Shown in pieces: positions 35,738 through 42,780 of a stretch of DNA of 64,000 bases; position 1 is the stretch's first letter, and each line of letters begins with the position of its first letter. The position numbers were made by a program, and so were the translations under genes. The notes beneath the pieces were generated by a model. The model was not told the DNA's origin, did not search any database, and saw only the letters and a list, made by a program, of their open reading frames with translations. The stretch comes from Candidatus Woesearchaeota archaeon (GTDB taxonomy: Archaea > Nanobdellota > Nanobdellia > Pacearchaeales > GW2011-AR1), in contig CAYPRJ010000002.1 of assembly GCA_964413095.1 (NCBI GenBank), positions 563 through 64,562 on the forward strand, read 5' to 3'.

Positions 35738-37708
35738 TTATTCTTTTTTTCTGACAAGTCTCACTGCAACAAAGATAATTATCAAAACTAAGATTATGTT
35801 TAGTGCTCCAATTCCCCATAAATACCAGTTTTCTTCTGAAATTATTCCTCCAGTTATAGAGTTAAAATTAAAACCTGCTTTTTCAATTGTGACTGTAACT
35901 GGCTGGGAAATAACGTTTTCATCTTCAGTTAATATTACACTGAAAGCTTTTTCTCCTGAAACATCTTTGTTTACATTTAATGTGATTAAAATATCTTCAG
36001 ATTCTTCTGAATCAAGAACTAATACTTCAGGAGCAACATCTACTAGTTCTGACCAAGAGCTGTAACCATCTGCGCTTGTTGTGAAAGTTCTTGTTTCTGA
36101 AGCAGTGTTTGTAACTGTTGCCTTGACAACAAGTTCTTCTCCTGCAATTCCACCAGATTGTAATGAAGTAGAAATTGTTGCTTCTGGCTTGAAAATGCAA
36201 TTTCCTTCAATTGTTAAATAATCAGAATATATTGCTTCTTCATCTTCCTTGCTTGTTTCAAAAACATCGCCATCACTCATATCTTCATCATCATAAGCTA
36301 TGAATTCAATTTTATAAGTTCCTTCTTCAAAGTCCTCTGGAATTTGAATATAAAAAGAAATCTTTTCACTATCCATTGCATCAATTCCTGAAGAAAATTC
36401 AAATTCTTCATTAATTCCTAATGCTTTATTATATACTAAAACATAAACTTCGTCATCATCTAAGTCATCATCTCCTACATTCCAAACATCTGCTGTTATT
36501 TGGACTTCAGAGCCACAAGTAACTGGACTTGCTGGTTCAAAATGTATATCATTTATTATTACAAATTCATCATCTGTTACTATCTCTATTTCTTGAGAAT
36601 CTGAATCTCCAGTTTTATCTCCATCAACATCATCTGGTGCGCTATTATCATCAATTATTCCAACTGCTTTTATATAAACTGTATACTCTGTATTACCCTC
36701 TTCTAATTCATCTGCATCAACTTCAAAAATCATTGTAACATCTAAATCATCTCCTTCATCTAAATCAAATTTATCATCACTTATATCCATATCATCTTCA
36801 TCAAAAATGCATTTTTCATCTTCTTCATCCCAAATACAAGCTTCAATTTCAATATCTTCAATATCCCACTCACCTTTATTATCTACATTAAAATCTATTT
36901 TAACTTCATCAAAAGGATACCAATAATCTTCATCATCACCAAATCCTGATTCTGTATTAAAATCAATATCAGAAACTTTTAAGTTTCCTTGATTTTCTCC
37001 TGTATAGAAAGGAAGATTTGTTGAAACTTTGCCAGTAGTTGTTGTTTCATCATCTGCAGTTGCAGTAACTGTTACTGATTGTGGTCCAACACCACTTAAA
37101 GAACTTGTTCTTGTAATGGTAATTAATTTAGTAGTTCCTTCAGAGATAGAAGCTATTTTATCAGAAGAATCTACATCTCCAGAAATATTTACATCAAAAT
37201 CTCCTGATGCAGTAATTTGAATGTTTTCTAAAAGTGTATTTCCGTCATTAGTAAGAGTAAGAGTTGTTGTGTTTTCAGAATAAGATATTGTTTCTGAAGT
37301 AAGAGATAGTGATTTGTCTTGGTTGATTGTAATTGCTGAAAGAGTTAATTCATTAGATAATACTAGGTTATCCTTTACTTTTAATTTTGCATCACTAATA
37401 GTTCCTGAAGCATATTGATTTACTTTAAGAACTGCTGTTAAAGTTATCTCATCGCCATTGTTAATTGAAGTGATTGTTGGAAGTGTTTTCCAAGTTGCTT
37501 TTGAACCAGCATCACTTTCTGACCAATCAAGAGAATCGTAATCATCTGTTGCAGTTAAATTAAAACTAATTGTGGCCTCAGAATTATGGTCAACAGTTGT
37601 AGAGGACCAAGAATTTTCTTCTAATGTCAAACTTGCACTTGCAAAACTAACTAACATTAGCAATGTAAAAACACTTAAACTCAATAATGTAAAAAACTTG
37701 TTTTTCAT
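35738..37708 (-). CDS. acidic cell-surface protein with signal peptide and C-terminal TM plus basic tail (candidate archaeosortase substrate)
   Basis: Signal peptide ...LMLVSFASA; Thr/Asp/Glu-rich beta-rich repeats. C-terminus is GGIISEENWYLWGIGALNIILVLIIIFVAVRLVRKKE-stop. Its stop directly abuts the PAP2 gene stop. Confidence 0.55.
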   Translation of the reverse strand: MKNKFFTLLSLSVFTLLMLVSFASASLTLEENSWSSTTVDHNSEATISFNLTATDDYDSLDWSESDAGSKATWKTLPTITSINNGDEITLTAVLKVNQYASGTISDAKLKVKDNLVLSNELTLSAITINQDKSLSLTSETISYSENTTTLTLTNDGNTLLENIQITASGDFDVNISGDVDSSDKIASISEGTTKLITITRTSSLSGVGPQSVTVTATADDETTTTGKVSTNLPFYTGENQGNLKVSDIDFNTESGFGDDEDYWYPFDEVKIDFNVDNKGEWDIEDIEIEACIWDEEDEKCIFDEDDMDISDDKFDLDEGDDLDVTMIFEVDADELEEGNTEYTVYIKAVGIIDDNSAPDDVDGDKTGDSDSQEIEIVTDDEFVIINDIHFEPASPVTCGSEVQITADVWNVGDDDLDDDEVYVLVYNKALGINEEFEFSSGIDAMDSEKISFYIQIPEDFEEGTYKIEFIAYDDEDMSDGDVFETSKEDEEAIYSDYLTIEGNCIFKPEATISTSLQSGGIAGEELVVKATVTNTASETRTFTTSADGYSSWSELVDVAPEVLVLDSEESEDILITLNVNKDVSGEKAFSVILTEDENVISQPVTVTIEKAGFNFNSITGGIISEENWYLWGIGALNIILVLIIIFVAVRLVRKKE

Positions 37709-37835
37709 TTGTAATCATTTCGCAGTTACTATGATTTATAAAGATTTCTATTTTCAGATATATGCATTAAAATAAGGATTTTGATGATTTTAGAATATAT
37801 GAAACATTTAAATATTTTTGTTTGCTGTTTATTTC

Positions 37836-38225
37836 ATGATAAAAGCTAAGGAAACTTCTTTTGGTGCATGGGCTTTTTTAATAGGTGTTGTGCTTGCTGT
37901 TTTTATAGGGCTTTTATCTTCAATACTTATTGATATGTCTTTGTTCAAGTCTTATAGCTCAATAGTTTATGCTATTTTGGTTTTTCTTGGAATAATTGTT
38001 GGTTTTTCTATTAATGTTGGAGGAAAGGATTCACAGACATTTTTAATTGCTGGTGCTGTTCTTGTTGTAGTTAGTAAATTTGGAATGGAAAGTGTAACTG
38101 GCTCTGTTATAGGAATAAGTATCTGGGAAATAGTCTCTTCAATATTTGCTGCATTAATTGTCTTATTTGTTCCTGCAACAATAATTGTGGCTCTAAAAAC
38201 AGTTTTCTCAATTGCCAAGGTTTAA
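37836..38225 (+). CDS. small polytopic membrane protein, unknown function
   Basis: Four hydrophobic segments. First ATG is at 37836; the track start is TTG. Confidence 0.5.
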   Translation: MIKAKETSFGAWAFLIGVVLAVFIGLLSSILIDMSLFKSYSSIVYAILVFLGIIVGFSINVGGKDSQTFLIAGAVLVVVSKFGMESVTGSVIGISIWEIVSSIFAALIVLFVPATIIVALKTVFSIAKV

Positions 38226-38828
38226 ATCTGAGACATTTATAATCCTTATATCCATGTCAAGTCTTGGACAAGCAGTATTTATCCAGCTTTTAATTGAAAA
38301 ATTTTCAAATTCTTCTGAATTAATATTATTTCCTAAAAATAAATAGCATTTTTTATCTTTGAGATTTTTTTTCAAACTTAAAGCTTTTTGAAGATTTTGC
38401 TGTCCTGGTTTTATTGAAACTAAAATCCCTGCTTCTTCTGAATTAAGAAAATTCAAATAAGAAGCTTTTTTGTTTTTTTTGTAAGAATCTATATCTTTTT
38501 CAGATATTTTGTAAAATTTATCTCTCTCTAATATATAAATAGGAAGAGATATTTCTGAAGCAAGAGATAAAGCATGGAACTTTCCAGAACCAATTAATAA
38601 TATAGCTTTTGTTTGCTTGGGAAATTTTGGCTTTGAACAACCTAAAACCTGGGTAAATTTTGTTATTTTATGCTTTTCTGAGAGAATTTTTTTAATTTCT
38701 TCTGCTATTTTTTTATATTGTATAGAATAAACAACAGAAATGCTTTTGGGCAGTTTTTTTGAAATTTTTTCAATTTTTGAATAATTAACTTCTGCTTTAG
38801 CTTCAGCAGGAATAAATAAAGTTTCCAT
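38208..38828 (-). CDS. dph2: diphthamide synthase Dph2-like protein, shortened (206 aa)
   Basis: LLIGSGKFHAL, GILVSIKPGQQ and WINTACPRL resemble Dph2 blocks (G.FH; ILVS.K.GQ; NTACPR), but the protein is roughly two-thirds of the usual archaeal length. Confidence 0.5.
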   Translation of the reverse strand: METLFIPAEAKAEVNYSKIEKISKKLPKSISVVYSIQYKKIAEEIKKILSEKHKITKFTQVLGCSKPKFPKQTKAILLIGSGKFHALSLASEISLPIYILERDKFYKISEKDIDSYKKNKKASYLNFLNSEEAGILVSIKPGQQNLQKALSLKKNLKDKKCYLFLGNNINSEEFENFSIKSWINTACPRLDMDIRIINVSDLNLGN

Positions 38829-38858
38829 ATAATTTTATGAGAAGATGTGTTTAAAAGT

Positions 38859-39248
38859 TTATTCAAACTTATTTTTCTTTTCTTGATTTGATTTTGTTGC
38901 TTCTTTGTGGATTTTAGCAAAAGAAGGAGTCACTATGATTAAATTTTCTCCAAAACCAGCAATGTTTCCTTCAAGAGCATCTGTTGTTTTTTTGATTTTT
39001 GAAACAGCTCTTTTCAGCTCAATAGAGTCCTTTTGTCTTAATGTTTTTATGTCAATTACAGCAATTGTGTAGCCTTCTCTTAAAGCATCAAGGACATTTG
39101 TAATATCTCCATAATCTTTTAGAACAAAAAGTTTTACAAGAACTTTATTTTCCTTTTCTTCCTTGTCTAAATCTATTTCTAAATATTCGTCATTAATTTC
39201 CTCGTTTTTTTCACCCAAGAAAGCTTTTTTTATTTTATCTAAAACCAT
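38859..39248 (-). CDS. sepF: SepF-like cell-division protein (archaeal FtsZ anchor)
   Basis: Acidic N-terminal part, then VLVKLFVLKDYGDITNVLDALREGYTIAVIDIKTLRQKD...LKRAVSKIKKTTDALEGNIAGFGENLIIVTP, matching the SepF/DUF552 core pattern. Confidence 0.6.
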   Translation of the reverse strand: MVLDKIKKAFLGEKNEEINDEYLEIDLDKEEKENKVLVKLFVLKDYGDITNVLDALREGYTIAVIDIKTLRQKDSIELKRAVSKIKKTTDALEGNIAGFGENLIIVTPSFAKIHKEATKSNQEKKNKFE

Positions 39249-39300
39249 ATTAAGTTCACATCTAAGATATTTATAAATATTTCGTCGATTTTTTGCATAT

Positions 39301-39618
39301 TTAATTTTCCTCTTTAGTAATTTCTCCTTTTGATTTTTCTAATTTTTCTCTTAAAGAATTCTCTTGCTTTTCAATAGAACTTATTCTCAAATTAAGGATT
39401 TTTTCTTTATTTTCAAGTTCTTCTTTTACTTTATCTTTATCTGCTTTCAACATTAATTGTCCAATGATTTTGAAAACTTCATCTCCAGAACTTTCAATTT
39501 GCTTTAGTGCAGATTTTGTTTCTGCAAGTTCCATCTCAAAAGCTTGTTTCTGGAATAGCAAATTTTGAAAATTCTGTTCTAATGTTTGTATTTCCTGAAT
39601 TTTTTCTTGCTCTTTCAT
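39301..39618 (-). CDS. pfdB: prefoldin beta subunit
   Basis: 105-aa coiled-coil with the central FKIIGQLMLKADKDKV hairpin; conserved L37Ae-RpoP-prefoldin gene order. Confidence 0.8.
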   Translation of the reverse strand: MKEQEKIQEIQTLEQNFQNLLFQKQAFEMELAETKSALKQIESSGDEVFKIIGQLMLKADKDKVKEELENKEKILNLRISSIEKQENSLREKLEKSKGEITKEEN

Positions 39619-39752
39619 TCTGCTTTAATTTTTTTAACTTTGTTTCGCGACTTATAGAAAATTTTCGAATCACAATTTGGGCATTTGAATCTTTTTTTAA
39701 GATTAGCTTCAGAGATTTTCCTTCCACAATTAAAGCACTTATAGGATGTCAT
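39615..39752 (-). CDS. rpoP: DNA-directed RNA polymerase subunit P (Rpo12)
   Basis: 45-aa ORF absent from the track. My translation is MTSYKCFNCGRKISEANLKKRFKCPNCDSKIFYKSRNKVKKIKAE, a CxxC...CxxC zinc ribbon typical of RpoP. Its TGA overlaps the prefoldin ATG (ATGA). Confidence 0.75.
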   Translation of the reverse strand: MTSYKCFNCGRKISEANLKKRFKCPNCDSKIFYKSRNKVKKIKAE

Positions 39753-39753
39753 T

Positions 39754-39972
39754 TTATTTTAAAGTGTATATGTTTGAAGCGAATTTTTTATTGCATTTTT
39801 TACAATACCAAATTCCCTTTGATAATCTTTTAATTCCTTGCTTTCCGCAAAAAGGGCATTCTTGTTTTTTTCTTTGTTTTTCTTCAACTTTAACAAGTCT
39901 TGCTCTTATAGACCTTCCGTATTTTGCTCCAAATCTTCCTGCAGATTTTGTTTTTTTTAATTTTGTTGGCAT
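39754..39972 (-). CDS. rpl37ae: 50S ribosomal protein L37Ae (eL43)
   Basis: SAGRFGAKYGRSIR...CPFCGK...WYCKKCNKKFA is the canonical eL43 zinc ribbon. Confidence 0.9.
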   Translation of the reverse strand: MPTKLKKTKSAGRFGAKYGRSIRARLVKVEEKQRKKQECPFCGKQGIKRLSKGIWYCKKCNKKFASNIYTLK

Positions 39973-40120
39973 TGTTTCACTCGTTTATTTATATAAATAA
40001 ATTGAAAAATCAGTTTTTAAAAGTTGTTATGTCTTATCTTGCTCTGCCTTACTAAACAATCATGGACTTCAATCAATAATTCTGGCTGGCTTTTTATCAT
40101 CTTAATATTTGGTAGTTTAT

Positions 40121-40459
40121 CTAAGGAATTATTGCTGGTTCTCCTTCCCTAACAATTAGAGAAGTTAGATTAGGCATCTCAAAGATATAAGAAGATCTTT
40201 CAATTTGAAAATCATAACCTGTTAATTTTAAGTCTTTTTCAGATTGTTTTTTAAAAAATTCAAAATCCAATTTCCCTAAATCAAAAGTTAATTCTTCATA
40301 AATTTCTCTGATTATTGCCTCTTCAGGAGTTTCTCCAGGCTCTATTTTTCCTCCAAATAAACAATAATCTTCTCCCCACTTACTCTTCTTTCTTCTATCT
40401 TGAATTAGAAATCCTCCTTGAGAGTTATAAATTATTGCAACTGTTGTTTTGAATATCAT
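40121..40459 (-). CDS. Nudix hydrolase
   Basis: Nudix box GGKIEPGETPEEAIIREIYEEL. I place the start at MIFKTTVAII (40459), because the track N-terminal extension runs through the tRNA-Pro gene. Confidence 0.8.
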   Translation of the reverse strand: MIFKTTVAIIYNSQGGFLIQDRRKKSKWGEDYCLFGGKIEPGETPEEAIIREIYEELTFDLGKLDFEFFKKQSEKDLKLTGYDFQIERSSYIFEMPNLTSLIVREGEPAIIP

Positions 40460-40470
40460 TTTTAAAAAAA

Positions 40471-40578
40471 TGGGGCTACCAGGATTTGAACCTGGGTCGT
40501 CAAGTCCCAAACCTGAAAGGCTATTGTCCTTGTTTTTTCTTTTTAGAGAAAAACCAATCCAGACTACCCCATAGCCCC
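40471..40578 (-). tRNA. tRNA-Pro (anticodon UGG) with a ~35-nt non-canonical intron in the D-loop
   Basis: Hand fold: acceptor GGGGCTA/TAGCCCC, discriminator A; D-stem GGGT/GCCT; anticodon arm TCAGG-TTTGGGA-CTTGA; T-arm CCAGG-TTCAAAT-CCTGG. No encoded CCA; followed by T7. Total 108 nt, so about 35 nt are extra, located between D-loop ...AGTCTGG and TA-GCCT. Confidence 0.75.
40524..40558 (-). other. predicted tRNA-Pro D-loop intron (boundaries +/- 2 nt)
   Basis: The intron forms a long hairpin (TTG.TTTTTCT / AGAAAAA.CAA). Exon GTC pairs with intron GAC, flanked by bulges TGGA and AAT(A) next to the D-stem, giving a relaxed bulge-helix-bulge. Removal leaves a standard D-loop, AGTCTGGTA. Confidence 0.5.
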
Positions 40579-41370
40579 ATTTAATTTTAAAGGTTTTATT
40601 TCTTTAATAAACTTTGCTACTTCAAATTTTCTGTATAGACAAACATTTTTCTTATTAGCATTTGCAAAAGAATAACCAAAATTTTTTGTTAATTTCTTAA
40701 AATCAAGTAATAATATTCTATTAAAATTAGTAAATTTAATGTAAATTTGTTTTTCTCTTTTACACAAGTAAATACAACCATCAGTGTCAATCAAACCCTT
40801 TATACATTTTTTTGAATAATTTTTATTCTCTTTTATCCATTTTGGAATCCCAATTTTATTCTGAATTTTATTTCCTCTCATAAGCCCAAATTTAAGTAAT
40901 TCCTCTACTACAAACAAATTTGTGCAATATAAATATGCCTGATTTGTTCTTTCTAAAATTTCTTTTTTTAGTTTTATTCTAAAGATTTTCTCAAATAAAC
41001 TTGAGGCATAATCTATATATTTTAAATTTCTCTTATCAAAAGCAATTCTAATTCGATTTTTCCAAATGTTTCCATCCCCAAGCATTATACCAATAAATTC
41101 TGCTAACTTCTTACTTTCTCTTATCTTTGGGATAGACTTAGTTATGCTATTTGTATTAAGATTTTTTCCATAATCAAGATTGATCTTTTTGAGATTAAAA
41201 TTAACTTTTAATAATAAAGAAATTTTATGAATATGGTCTTTTTTAATTGTTAAATTTTTATTGAGGACATTTCTTATTTCAAAACCAAGCAGATTATTAA
41301 GTTCTCTAATAGTATATTTACTCTTCTTAATCTGATTCTTTAGTTTATTATTTATTAGATATCTTTCCAT
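40564..41370 (-). CDS. free-standing LAGLIDADG homing endonuclease (two-motif)
   Basis: Both motifs are present: LAEFIGIMLGDGNI and CIKGLIDTDGCIY. The last 5 codons (NGAMG-stop) overlap the first 15 nt of tRNA-Pro. A TTTATAAAT box lies about 35 nt upstream of the ATG. Confidence 0.8.
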   Translation of the reverse strand: MERYLINNKLKNQIKKSKYTIRELNNLLGFEIRNVLNKNLTIKKDHIHKISLLLKVNFNLKKINLDYGKNLNTNSITKSIPKIRESKKLAEFIGIMLGDGNIWKNRIRIAFDKRNLKYIDYASSLFEKIFRIKLKKEILERTNQAYLYCTNLFVVEELLKFGLMRGNKIQNKIGIPKWIKENKNYSKKCIKGLIDTDGCIYLCKREKQIYIKFTNFNRILLLDFKKLTKNFGYSFANANKKNVCLYRKFEVAKFIKEIKPLKLNGAMG

Positions 41371-41413
41371 CCTTAGTCTTCCTAATTACACCAAAGAATT
41401 CTTAATTTATAAA

Positions 41414-42043
41414 TTATTTCTTTTCTTCTTTTGGTTCTTCATCTTCTTTAGGTGCTTCTTCTTTTTTCTCTTCAGCTTCTTCTATTTTTTTCTGTTTTTC
41501 TTGTTTACTTTTTACATCTGAAAAATATTTATCTAATTCTGATTTTTTCTCTTCAGAAGTTTCTGTTTTTTCTTGATTAATCTCTGAATTATATTTCCCT
41601 TCTTCAATTTCCTGTTCAATTTCCACAGCTGGTTTATTTTCAATTAAAATTCCTAAAGTTGCGCATGTTCCAACTATTGTTTTAACTGCTGATTTTAAAT
41701 CTTTAGAAAGTAAATTTGGAAGTTTTCTTTTTGCAATTGAAATGATTTGCTCTATTGAAGCATTTGCAACTTTTGTTTTATCTTGAGTTCCTGAACCTTT
41801 TTCTACGCCTAATTCTTTTTTTAATAATTCTGAAACTGGTGGTGAAAAAACTTTGACATCAAAATTTTTTGTCGCTGCATCAACATCTAATTCTACTGGA
41901 ACTTTTAGTCCTTGAAAAGATTTTGTTGCTTCATTAACTTTTTGTATTACTTGTCCTAAGTTTATTCCCATAGGTCCGAGTTTTTGGCTAACTGCTGGTC
42001 CTGGTTTCATGTTTCCGCCTTCAACTAAAAGTTTAACTTGCAT
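41414..42043 (-). CDS. rpl11: 50S ribosomal protein L11 (uL11) with a ~50-aa K/E-rich C-terminal extension
   Basis: VEGGNMKPGPAVSQKLGPMGINLGQV and TIVGTCATLGI are uL11 signatures. The tail is ...EKTETSEEKKSELDKYF...KKEEAPKEDEEPKEEKK. Confidence 0.9.
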   Translation of the reverse strand: MQVKLLVEGGNMKPGPAVSQKLGPMGINLGQVIQKVNEATKSFQGLKVPVELDVDAATKNFDVKVFSPPVSELLKKELGVEKGSGTQDKTKVANASIEQIISIAKRKLPNLLSKDLKSAVKTIVGTCATLGILIENKPAVEIEQEIEEGKYNSEINQEKTETSEEKKSELDKYFSDVKSKQEKQKKIEEAEEKKEEAPKEDEEPKEEKK

Positions 42044-42103
42044 TGCGAGGACGCCTGAACTTTTCCAGCACAGGTTCGCTTAATCTTCCTTCTCGGAACT
42101 GAT

Positions 42104-42145
42104 AAGCGATTTCTCTCTTTGCCTCTGATGGAAATTGCATAGGCA
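42104..42145 (-). promoter_or_regulatory. conserved leader motif upstream of rpl11 (paralog of the motif upstream of spt5)
   Basis: Sense strand reads TGCCTATGCAATTTCCATCAGAGGCAAAGAGAGAAATCGCTT. It aligns with 42645-42687 (GAGGCAA[A/T]GAGAGAAA..CGCTT), within a GC-richer 120-nt spacer. Confidence 0.4.
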
Positions 42146-42165
42146 GAAATTTAATTAAATTAAAC

Positions 42166-42615
42166 TTATTCATTTTCTTCTTCCCTCCTTATAACTCTAA
42201 CATCTTCTACTTTTAATGTTACTGGCATAGGAACTACTGCTCCTAAAAGACTGACTACTACATCTCCTTTTTGTTTGTCAACTCTCATAACTTTTGCTTT
42301 TTCTCCTTTAAGTGTATGTCCTATCATTTCAACTATGTCTCCTTCTTGTATTGAAATTGCTTCTGCAGTAGGTTCAACCATATTTTTTATCTCATCGTAA
42401 GTTATTGTTTTTCCTATAATTCCTTTCACATAGGGCAAATTAAAAACAGCTTCTTCTGTAGTTTCTCTGTTTTCTGCTTCTACTAAAATATATCCTCTTA
42501 AACCATGTGGTCTTGAAACTGAAAAAACATTGAGATTTTTCTTTTCAATTCTTTCAGCAATCATATCCACTGCTTTCTCTTCTTTGTTGGTTGTAACCTT
42601 AATAATAAAAATCAT
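42166..42615 (-). CDS. spt5: transcription elongation factor Spt5 (NusG)
   Basis: NGN domain (IFIIKVTTNKEEKAV...GYILVEAE) plus KOW domain (GDIVEMIGHTLKGEKAKVMRVD); conserved position next to rpl11. Confidence 0.85.
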   Translation of the reverse strand: MIFIIKVTTNKEEKAVDMIAERIEKKNLNVFSVSRPHGLRGYILVEAENRETTEEAVFNLPYVKGIIGKTITYDEIKNMVEPTAEAISIQEGDIVEMIGHTLKGEKAKVMRVDKQKGDVVVSLLGAVVPMPVTLKVEDVRVIRREEENE

Positions 42616-42644
42616 TTTTCAAAACCTACGGTTTTGTATCCCTC

Positions 42645-42687
42645 AAGCGACTTTCTCTCATTGCCTCCGAGGAAAGTCTGAATAGCA
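42645..42687 (-). promoter_or_regulatory. conserved leader motif upstream of spt5
   Basis: Sense strand reads TGCTATTCAGACTTTCCTCGGAGGCAATGAGAGAAAGTCGCTT; see 42104-42145. Confidence 0.4.
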
Positions 42688-42780
42688 AAACCTATTGTTT
42701 AGCTCTGTCTAAGATTAAATATCTTAGAAAGATATATTTATGTGAAAAAAAGAGTTTATAAGGTTTTTTATTTGCCTTGT

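Noticed and set aside
40460-40510. The N-terminal extension of the Nudix ORF in the track (MGLDDPGSNPGSPIFLK...).
   Set aside because: This stretch is the reverse-strand reading of the tRNA-Pro T-arm and acceptor. The real start is the downstream ATG at 40459.
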